Below, piece after piece: positions 1-7,333 of a stretch of DNA of 64,000 bases. Position 1 is the stretch's first letter. Every line of letters starts with the position of its first letter. Location: positions 258,513-322,512 of IMG/VR virus record IMGVR_UViG_3300037882_003354; one strand, 5' to 3'. The notes beneath the pieces are model-generated. The model was not told where the DNA came from and searched no databases. It saw only the letters and a list, made by a program, of their open reading frames with translations. The position numbers and the translations under genes are program-made.

Positions 1-411
1 TAGATTCTTCATCTTGGCATGCGCCAGCAAGTCAGGATAGGCCCGTTGCCAACCCAGCAAGGGCTCACCGCCTGTGATCACCAGGTGCTCATCACGCCAT
101 TCGCCGAACGGTAAAATTTCCATGATGCGGTCGGCGATGGCATCAGTGGTCAGCATGGGACTCAGATGTTTGAACTCCGGCATCCAGGAGGCGAAGGAGT
201 CGCATCCTGACTTGACCAAGGGCAGGTCGTTGTATGTTTTATAATCTGCGATCTTGATCGCATGACGCTCTTGACTGGCTTCACCTGGCAGCATGCCAAA
301 TCCGTCACAGGTAAAATTACAACCAAATGTTCTCAAGAACACGGAGGGAACGCCCATATAACGTCCCTCTCCCTGGATTGAATAGAATAATTCGCTTACT
401 TTAATCTTCAT
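1..411 (-). CDS. queE: 7-carboxy-7-deazaguanine synthase QueE (radical SAM), runs off the left edge
   Basis: Not in the ORF track; manual translation from ATG at 411: MKIKVSELFYSIQGEGRYMGVPSVFLRTFGCNFTC...GCDSFASW...VITGGEPLL (SIQGEG, F-R--GC and TGGEP are QueE hallmarks). Confidence 0.9.
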   Translation of the reverse strand, partial: MKIKVSELFYSIQGEGRYMGVPSVFLRTFGCNFTCDGFGMLPGEASQERHAIKIADYKTYNDLPLVKSGCDSFASWMPEFKHLSPMLTTDAIADRIMEILPFGEWRDEHLVITGGEPLLGWQRAYPDLLAHAKMKNL

Positions 412-736
412 GTTTTAATCCGTCCATAATGACTTTACGTTCTCTATTGTACACTTCTCTATTTAGAAAAGCAAGAAACTCTTCGTACTCCATGTGCTCT
501 GCATGCTTTAGCAGATTCTTGCAGGCCAGGTAGTAGTATCTGCGACGAGCAGACTTGGTGACACCCTTGGCACTCTCCACGGTGATCTGGAATGTACGTA
601 CCAACACGTCAGCGGCCTCGCTGGGTTTGCCATGCCATTCAACATCACCGTCATTGGTAATAACTAACACTGGTTCGCTTTGAGCGTTGTTGAATGTAAA
701 TGCAGAAGTATGGATATTGGTATAGGTTGGAGTCAT
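401..736 (-). CDS. hypothetical protein
   Basis: 3' part of ORF 401..994; ATG at 736 (MTPTYT) avoids overlap with the HIT gene; stop overlaps the queE start. Confidence 0.6.
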   Translation of the reverse strand: MTPTYTNIHTSAFTFNNAQSEPVLVITNDGDVEWHGKPSEAADVLVRTFQITVESAKGVTKSARRRYYYLACKNLLKHAEHMEYEEFLAFLNREVYNRERKVIMDGLKHED

Positions 737-764
737 GGTGCCAACCCAGTTGCCCTGTACATGA

Positions 765-1160
765 TTACAGTTTTTTATATTGTGGTGATCGATAGTTGCC
801 TTGGCCCGGTATCGTATTACGCACGCCGCCCACCGGATCCGAGACATCGCCTGTTCTACGTGGGATAAGATGTATATGGGGCCAACTAACAGTTTGACCA
901 GCAGCCTGGCCTTGATTAATTCCCACGTTAAATGCATGCCATTCTCCTGATTCCACTTGTTGTTTGCCATATCTGACTGCATCTTCAAATGCATTGGTCA
1001 AGATTGCCATGGTGTTATATTTAGGTACAAATAATAGATGCCCAGGAGTCACTGGGTATCGATCTCGATACACGGCCACATGAAAATCTTCCCGTACTAG
1101 GTCGTCCCAGGGTGCATCGCTATCGGACAGATGTTCAGGACCATCAAAAACTTTAATCAT
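765..1160 (-). CDS. HIT family nucleotide hydrolase
   Basis: DRYPVTPGHLLFVPK, AGQTV and histidine triad HIHLIPR. Confidence 0.9.
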   Translation of the reverse strand: MIKVFDGPEHLSDSDAPWDDLVREDFHVAVYRDRYPVTPGHLLFVPKYNTMAILTNAFEDAVRYGKQQVESGEWHAFNVGINQGQAAGQTVSWPHIHLIPRRTGDVSDPVGGVRNTIPGQGNYRSPQYKKL

Positions 1161-1894
1161 ACAATTTCCTCTAAGGTTGGTGAATAGTTGCCACGATGTT
1201 GCACCGTGATGCTGGCCACACGAGTGGCAAATTTAATGGCACCGGTGATGTCGTGACCATTTTCCAGGTACTTGTAGGTCAGCGCAGACAGGAAGGTGTC
1301 CCCTGCACCGCATACATCACTGACTTCTACCAGGGGTGCAGGATACGTTTCATTCTGGTATCGAGCACCTGATGCACCCAGGGTGACGATCAGGTCATCA
1401 CAATGGGATGTTGCCTGGTTGAACTCCTGATTATTAATTTTGACAAATGCTCCACTGAATCTGGCAAGATCCGTCTTCTTGGTATCAATGAACACTGGTC
1501 CAGGGAAGTTGTGAATCACGTGTTCTATATGTTGGTAAGACAGGAAACCCTTGTTGTAGTCGGAAATCACCACAGCATCGTAATATTCCCAGGGCTTGCT
1601 CACAGAGCCTTTCCAGGCGTCAATGTTGCCCTCGTCATCCACACGCAACAGATGTTGGCCCGATCGATCATCAATGTATCTGGTCTTGGTGATGATGGTT
1701 TGGTTGCTGATGAATGTGACATCACAATCCAAATTCAGCAGGTTTTCAAGTACATTGGCTGCCATGCCCGGCACTGTGTAGTATTCTCGGATTTTCATCA
1801 CAGGAACTGGTGCTTCTGGACTCAAACGATCGCATGACCCAATGTAGTATTCGTCAGTGCACTGATCCCCCAGGAGTAAAATTTTAAATGACAT
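1157..1894 (-). CDS. PfkB-family sugar kinase, HldE/RfaE kinase-domain-like (heptose-7-phosphate kinase)
   Basis: RLSPEAPVPV, GMAANV, ISDYNKG, DVCGAGDTF motifs. Confidence 0.85.
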   Translation of the reverse strand: MSFKILLLGDQCTDEYYIGSCDRLSPEAPVPVMKIREYYTVPGMAANVLENLLNLDCDVTFISNQTIITKTRYIDDRSGQHLLRVDDEGNIDAWKGSVSKPWEYYDAVVISDYNKGFLSYQHIEHVIHNFPGPVFIDTKKTDLARFSGAFVKINNQEFNQATSHCDDLIVTLGASGARYQNETYPAPLVEVSDVCGAGDTFLSALTYKYLENGHDITGAIKFATRVASITVQHRGNYSPTLEEIV

Positions 1895-1900
1895 GATGCC

Positions 1901-2401
1901 TCACTTGGTCCACCAATTTTCCCAGGTGTATTCAATCCAGACGTCGTCTTCCATCTTGTTGATTTCCATGCCAGCGTAATACACGCCCACCTGGCAGTCA
2001 CTGGCCAAGTTGTCAACAACAGTGGCAAATCTAACATTTTCATTCCAGACTTTTTCCCAGCGATCACAATCGTTGGGGTGACAAAGAGTGGGCCAGTCTT
2101 TCATGATCCAGTTGAGAGTGGCACCGGTATCGTTGATGTCGTCGACGACTAGTATTCGTTTGCCATCGTATGCATCCTCGGCCATGCCACAGTCACTGAC
2201 GGTGTCACCGCCATCCCGTAGACTGACGTTCAACGCCTTCATGGGCACACCCAGATAGTGGCTGATCATCACAGCGGGCAGCAGTCCGCCACGAGTGATA
2301 CCCACCACATAATCGGGCCGCCACTCAGACACCACAATTTGCCTGCAAATATTGGATATCAGCGACTGAAATTTTACATGATCAATAATGAGTTTTTTCA
2401 T
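1901..2401 (-). CDS. type I phosphoribosyltransferase (xanthine/guanine PRT-like)
   Basis: GITRGG and PRPP loop ILVVDDINDTGAT. Confidence 0.85.
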   Translation of the reverse strand: MKKLIIDHVKFQSLISNICRQIVVSEWRPDYVVGITRGGLLPAVMISHYLGVPMKALNVSLRDGGDTVSDCGMAEDAYDGKRILVVDDINDTGATLNWIMKDWPTLCHPNDCDRWEKVWNENVRFATVVDNLASDCQVGVYYAGMEINKMEDDVWIEYTWENWWTK

Positions 2402-2733
2402 GATCGCTTGAGTGACTCCATGGTGATAATTTTATCCAGCTCTCGGCCAAAATCTTGATCACTGGTGATGACATACAGCCCAGTGGTATTTCGATCGTGG
2501 TTATGATCGTAACGCTGCGTTTCCACGATCCTGCCACCAGTGGCCTGAAATACATGAAAACGCAGAGCACGTTCACGCTCCAGTGTAATACTACCCGCTT
2601 CACTATCACGTGGAGGGCTACTCAGATACTTTGACTGTGACCTTTTGTTTGAGACTGAGATTATGTCTCGACGTTCGTCAGCATCGTATGCTGATCGGCA
2701 CTTGCGATTGAGCCAATTAAAAAACCAGTTCAT
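2398..2733 (-). CDS. hypothetical protein
   Basis: 111-aa ORF tightly coupled to both neighbours. Confidence 0.7.
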   Translation of the reverse strand: MNWFFNWLNRKCRSAYDADERRDIISVSNKRSQSKYLSSPPRDSEAGSITLERERALRFHVFQATGGRIVETQRYDHNHDRNTTGLYVITSDQDFGRELDKIITMESLKRS

Positions 2734-2735
2734 GT

Positions 2736-3818
2736 TTATTCCTTTACAATATTATCGATCATAACACCGGCATTGAGATACTGTTCAATTAGAATTTTAC
2801 GCTGTTTGTCCAACGCATGCAAGTATTTTTCACGATTGTGAATACGCTCGCTGATAAACTCCACAACATCTGCGCGATGCAGTTCATATGCTGCCACACT
2901 CTCGGTCCAGGCACTGGGATACTTGAATTCCGGCAGATACATTTCAGCATAACTGCATCGATCTGGCAACACGGGAATAACTCCAGCCAGCACACCTTCC
3001 ATGATGCTGATGCCCAGATTTTCATGCAACGCACAACTGAAAATAATCTTGCTCCGACTCAACATCTGGTAATACTCGTCTTTGCTGAGATTCAACTTCT
3101 GCGTGATGACCATTCGGGACACCTGACACAGGTCAAATACCTGAGCTAGATCCTCAGCAATGTCAGGTTGCTTGTCGGCATTATACCTGTGCGGCCACAT
3201 GACCAAATTGTCCGGATCTTTCTGCACATGGGCATATTGCGTCATAGCATCTACAATCATGCCATGCGGTTGTCCACTGCGCACAGCACGATACTGTTCG
3301 CCAATGTCAATTTTTAGATTACGGAGGAACATGTCCTTGTGAAAGTCAGTGGCATAGTAATTGTACTTGCAACTATGGAACCAACTGCTCTCTGCCTGCC
3401 AGGGCCAGGGTTTTTGCATTTTGTATCCCAGGATGTCTGTGGGATCGTATGCTCCAGCATGCCAGATGGCATGTAGTTCCCAATCTTGTCCCATCAAGTC
3501 TCGCATGTATGCAATTTGCGTGATACACGGATTCCAAGCATCAGTAAACAGGATTTTGTCATTAGTGGTGACATTACCTGCATCCAACTGGGTTATAAAG
3601 TTGCACAATTGAGTGCTTTTCCAAAAGTTTGTATCGGAAAAATTTAAAAATGCACCTGCTGTGACTTGCGTGGTACGTTGAACGCCATCCAGCTGAATTA
3701 CGGTAAACTTGTCGCCTGCTGCCTGAGCGAGTACTTGAGGAATGTTCTGATGCCATTGCATGGTATATCTGGAATCCAAGGGCTCCAGTGCAAAGATCCA
3801 AATGTTGGGTTTGTTCAT
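2736..3818 (-). CDS. GT-B fold glycosyltransferase within the deazaguanine cluster
   Basis: WPHRYNADK and ENLGISIMEG (EX7E motif of GT4-like enzymes), PVLPDRCSYAE. Confidence 0.75.
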   Translation of the reverse strand: MNKPNIWIFALEPLDSRYTMQWHQNIPQVLAQAAGDKFTVIQLDGVQRTTQVTAGAFLNFSDTNFWKSTQLCNFITQLDAGNVTTNDKILFTDAWNPCITQIAYMRDLMGQDWELHAIWHAGAYDPTDILGYKMQKPWPWQAESSWFHSCKYNYYATDFHKDMFLRNLKIDIGEQYRAVRSGQPHGMIVDAMTQYAHVQKDPDNLVMWPHRYNADKQPDIAEDLAQVFDLCQVSRMVITQKLNLSKDEYYQMLSRSKIIFSCALHENLGISIMEGVLAGVIPVLPDRCSYAEMYLPEFKYPSAWTESVAAYELHRADVVEFISERIHNREKYLHALDKQRKILIEQYLNAGVMIDNIVKE

Positions 3819-3826
3819 TTATTTGA

Positions 3827-3836
3827 TAAATATTTA
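3827..3836. promoter_or_regulatory. palindromic TAAATATTTA, candidate bidirectional T4-like late promoter
   Basis: TAAATA on both strands in the 19-bp gap between divergent genes at 3818 (-) and 3838 (+). Confidence 0.55.
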
Positions 3837-3837
3837 C

Positions 3838-4089
3838 ATGCGTATCAAAGAATTACTTGCCGAAAAAACCATTGCAGCACCCACTGCCAGTCAGTGTCAG
3901 GTCAAACGGCTGAGTAATGTTCGTTATTCTCAATGTGTGGCACGTGGGCTCAAAGCTCATGACAGTGAGCACACTGATGGCACTGGTACACAAGGTGTTA
4001 AAGGCAGTGGCCGGCATCTTCGTGGACGCAAAGTCAAGAGCACCAAGTACGGTGGTAGTTTAAAATACTATCCGGGCAGTCGGGAATAA
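3838..4089 (+). CDS. small basic protein with putative capsid-targeting N-terminus
   Basis: MRIKELLAEK start; lone plus-strand gene behind a TAAATA box. Confidence 0.65.
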   Translation: MRIKELLAEKTIAAPTASQCQVKRLSNVRYSQCVARGLKAHDSEHTDGTGTQGVKGSGRHLRGRKVKSTKYGGSLKYYPGSRE

Positions 4090-4092
4090 GAT

Positions 4093-4332
4093 TCAAAAAT
4101 CGCTCGACTGTTGTGCCGATTGAGCAGCCCGCTGCTCCCTGCGTGCCTTGCGCTCGTGGTATTCTTGAGCACGTTGAAAATCCCGATATGCATCGGACTT
4201 GTACATGTCCTTGGGTTCAAATGGCAGTAGATTGAACCTGCAGTGATCCAGCCAATTTTCCAGATCATCAAAGATCTTGGAAACTTCAGGCTTCATCTTG
4301 AGGGTCTTCTGAATGTAGTGTGGCAGTGCCAT
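4093..4332 (-). CDS. hypothetical protein
   Basis: MALPHYIQKTLKMKPEV...; AAGG upstream of ATG 4332. Confidence 0.7.
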   Translation of the reverse strand: MALPHYIQKTLKMKPEVSKIFDDLENWLDHCRFNLLPFEPKDMYKSDAYRDFQRAQEYHERKARREQRAAQSAQQSSDF

Positions 4333-4348
4333 GATTTTATTACCTTGA

Positions 4349-4813
4349 TTAAATTGTGATAGATTGAATTGGGCGAGAAGTGTTATATCTAACGATGCAT
4401 CCGTTCTCACCATCCTCGGACACCTCGATTTCTACCTCACGACGTGGATAGCGTGTGGCAATTTGCTCATAAAGATCGTCTGCGATCATCTCGCAACTTT
4501 TATGATCCAATGACAATACTGCTTGGGAGTTTGAGTACAAATCTTCCAGCCAGCGTTTAAATTGAATAAATTCAATTTCCCGGTCATCATGAAATACTTC
4601 AATAGCCACCCGGAAGTGAAAAATATGTCGATGCGGGGTTGCCAGGAATGACACATCATATCGGTCACCAGTGGCCAGTGCAGGATCTGTGGCAGCCGCT
4701 GGGTAGCAATGGATGCCTTCCTTGGCAAAAGTCACCCAAATTTTACGATTTGCCGAATTTCGAATTCGATTTCGTTGTTCTTGTAGCGCCAGGTTATGTT
4801 GTTCTTCAATCAT
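4349..4813 (-). CDS. QueD paralog (T-fold), DpdL-like
   Basis: FLATPHRHIFHF = LxxxHRHxF instead of QueD CxxxHGH; SCEMIA and EVSEDGENG T-fold motifs. Confidence 0.75.
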   Translation of the reverse strand: MIEEQHNLALQEQRNRIRNSANRKIWVTFAKEGIHCYPAAATDPALATGDRYDVSFLATPHRHIFHFRVAIEVFHDDREIEFIQFKRWLEDLYSNSQAVLSLDHKSCEMIADDLYEQIATRYPRREVEIEVSEDGENGCIVRYNTSRPIQSITI

Positions 4814-4840
4814 ATGTTAAACGTAGGTTAGTAAGTAATT

Positions 4841-4869
4841 AGTATACAGGAAAACAGGTGATCAGTCAA
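4841..4869 (-). promoter_or_regulatory. sigma70-type promoter
   Basis: TTGACT-17bp-TATACT upstream of the QueD-like gene. Confidence 0.75.
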
Positions 4870-4890
4870 GTTACTCCTGATCACCATGGT

Positions 4891-6528
4891 TCATTCGTCC
4901 AGGCTGTCTTCAAGACCCCTGAGTTTGTCGTCATCACGATTGGCAAAATCAATCTCATCTTGCGAAGTGTGTTCGAAATCAAACAAGTTGTTGAATGTGG
5001 TTGGCACTGGGCCAGTGGACCATGAACCGGCCAGATCGCACAAGAACGAATCTGCTTGTTCAATCATGTCAAATGCTTCCTGCTTGGTCTTGGTTTCAAA
5101 AAGTTCTGCAACAAACCGATTGAAATACAAAATATTACGTGGAACCCACACGCTGTATTCGTCCATGTTGGACTCTTTGGCGTTCAACTTCCTCCAATGA
5201 CGCCAATCGGGCAATTCGCGAGCGCATTCCATGTCCATGAGATGGTTTGCACGTTGTATTGCGGCAATATGTGAATAGACATTGTGTCCCATCATGAGTG
5301 CATATGCAAAACTATCCCAGGAAGTTCTGTTGGGAATCTTGTCCAGCTTGTTAAGCCGAGGGACAACCTTATAATGTTTTTTATTCAAGTGATCAAACTT
5401 TACCTGATTGTCCTGGTCATCTTTGCCCAGTTCCTTGTCTGTCTTGCGTACACCCAGGTCGTAATAACAGATGTCGCCCATGGTCAACCGTCGACCGATT
5501 TCGCTTTCGAATGGGAATGGAATGTCGCTTCCTGCAAGTGCCTTGTTGTCAGGGGCTTTTTCCATAATAACACTCCAACGCTTTGCTGTATGTTGCGAGT
5601 TGGTGTAGACGAGTCCATATGCCGTGGCGACAAATGGGGATGCGCAGTCAAAAGAGATGGTAACGTCTTCATTAATGTGTTTCCTGATTTGTCGTTGAAT
5701 AGCAGTTAAGTAGCAGGCCCAATCCATCTGGGCAGTGCCCAGGAAGTGGATCCAGTTTTTGCCCTTGAGCAAACCATCTTCTCTCAGGGTCATCAAACGC
5801 TTGAGTGTGATGTCCATGTCACTCTTGGTACCGCTGCCAAATGCCCAGCCGTCAGCAGCACGATCACCCCATACCGCAGGATCACTATACTCCTTGACTC
5901 CGTTGTACCATTTTTCAGTCAGTTCCCAATCATCACCCTGCAAGACATTGAGTAACTTGGTCTTGCCCAGGCGGTTCTTGAGGAAATACTCGTTGTTGAA
6001 TCTGGTCTTTTCCAGACAGTCTTCAAACGTCTTCAATCCAGTCTTGGGACCGTGAGTTTCATCGCAAGCCCAGGTGGGAACGTCCAACATCATGGACCAA
6101 TCTGCAGTTTCTTCCAACCAATACAAGATGTCATCTCGCATTTTATTGGCAGCCGCACCTTCAAAGTCTCTGAAGTCAAATTTAAGCACACCCTTGCCGA
6201 TCTGGAATCCACCGGAGTCACCCAGGATCAGCGTGTTGTTGCGATCTCGTTGTTGCACCATGGACTCCTGTGTGTAACTCTTCTTGAGATCCAGTTGTGC
6301 GTGACCTGCCGAATACAGACCGTATTTGTAGGAAAAATATCCTTGTTCAGGATTCAGGAAGTTTAGTCCTTCAACTCCGCGATCAAAGCCGGCTGGCATG
6401 CGTGATGCAGGAACAAAATCTTCCAGGCGTTGTTTTGCTATGTAAGTTCCATAGAAGCCACTGATGGCCGGCAGGAAAATAGCGTAGTCTTTTTGCGACT
6501 CTGTTAGATTGATTGGTGGATTACTCAT
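4891..6528 (-). CDS. dpdA: TGT-fold DNA 7-deazaguanine transglycosylase, DpdA-like
   Basis: LGDSGGFQIG, MMLDVP, VLQG, WIHFLG, ISFDCASP; flanked by que-type genes and the replisome. Confidence 0.75.
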   Translation of the reverse strand: MSNPPINLTESQKDYAIFLPAISGFYGTYIAKQRLEDFVPASRMPAGFDRGVEGLNFLNPEQGYFSYKYGLYSAGHAQLDLKKSYTQESMVQQRDRNNTLILGDSGGFQIGKGVLKFDFRDFEGAAANKMRDDILYWLEETADWSMMLDVPTWACDETHGPKTGLKTFEDCLEKTRFNNEYFLKNRLGKTKLLNVLQGDDWELTEKWYNGVKEYSDPAVWGDRAADGWAFGSGTKSDMDITLKRLMTLREDGLLKGKNWIHFLGTAQMDWACYLTAIQRQIRKHINEDVTISFDCASPFVATAYGLVYTNSQHTAKRWSVIMEKAPDNKALAGSDIPFPFESEIGRRLTMGDICYYDLGVRKTDKELGKDDQDNQVKFDHLNKKHYKVVPRLNKLDKIPNRTSWDSFAYALMMGHNVYSHIAAIQRANHLMDMECARELPDWRHWRKLNAKESNMDEYSVWVPRNILYFNRFVAELFETKTKQEAFDMIEQADSFLCDLAGSWSTGPVPTTFNNLFDFEHTSQDEIDFANRDDDKLRGLEDSLDE

Positions 6529-6538
6529 GTTTTATCGA

Positions 6539-7273
6539 TTAAGCCTGTGCTGGGATGATGTACTTGTAGACTGCCAGTCCGCTGTCCAGTGTAATTTGCA
6601 TGGCGCCTTCGTTGCTGAAACTCATCTTGGCATTATTGGCATCTGCAATTTTTAGAATGGCCAGAATGCTGGACACTGGCCAAGTCCAGGTCTTGTTGAC
6701 CTTGCCAGTGACACCAGTGGCAAATACAAACTCACCACCATGTGAACTCACATCACCGAATGTAAAGATCAACTTGTCGCCATCTGTCTTGGCCAGGAAT
6801 GTGGTGTGCTCAGTATTGGCACCAGCCTGGAATTGGAATCGCTGGATGGCAGCAACTGTGGGCTCAACTTCCACATCCCACTTGACGCCGCGAAACTTCA
6901 CAGTCTTGAGCTTTTCGTTGATAATGTCCTGGTTCATGAAGCGATAGTCGTTCTTGAAGTCTCCATCTTTATTTTCAAAGTGCAGCCCCACCGGAATGGT
7001 ATCGCCATTACGATCAGCCATGGTAACTTCAATCTTGGCATCCTCTTGATATTCCTTGCCGTCCAGCAAATAACGCAGTTTGTCCAACTGCGGCATGCCA
7101 AACGTGCCAATCATGTCGGGATAGGGATTGGTTGTTTCACTGTACATGATTACCGATCGATCATCGGCCATGGAATCCACCAGCGTCTTGTCCTCTGTGC
7201 CTGTAATTTTTACAATGTTCAAGAACCCCAGTTTATTTGTATGTGCCACGATGTCTTGTAAGATGTCTTTCAT
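6539..7273 (-). CDS. sliding clamp / DNA polymerase processivity factor (probable)
   Basis: 244 aa, alternating beta/alpha pattern ending in YKYIIPA, directly downstream of PolB; clamp loader also in window. Confidence 0.65.
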   Translation of the reverse strand: MKDILQDIVAHTNKLGFLNIVKITGTEDKTLVDSMADDRSVIMYSETTNPYPDMIGTFGMPQLDKLRYLLDGKEYQEDAKIEVTMADRNGDTIPVGLHFENKDGDFKNDYRFMNQDIINEKLKTVKFRGVKWDVEVEPTVAAIQRFQFQAGANTEHTTFLAKTDGDKLIFTFGDVSSHGGEFVFATGVTGKVNKTWTWPVSSILAILKIADANNAKMSFSNEGAMQITLDSGLAVYKYIIPAQA

Positions 7274-7295
7274 GTTAATTTCCTTTGATTAAGTT

Positions 7296-7324
7296 AGTAT
7301 AGATATTTTTGTTGACCATGTCAA
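7296..7324 (-). promoter_or_regulatory. sigma70-type promoter
   Basis: TTGACA-17bp-TATACT. Confidence 0.8.
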
Positions 7325-7333
7325 TGTTTAATT

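Noticed and set aside
737-994. 5' extension of ORF 401..994
   Set aside because: Overlaps the HIT gene in another frame; ATG at 736 is more plausible
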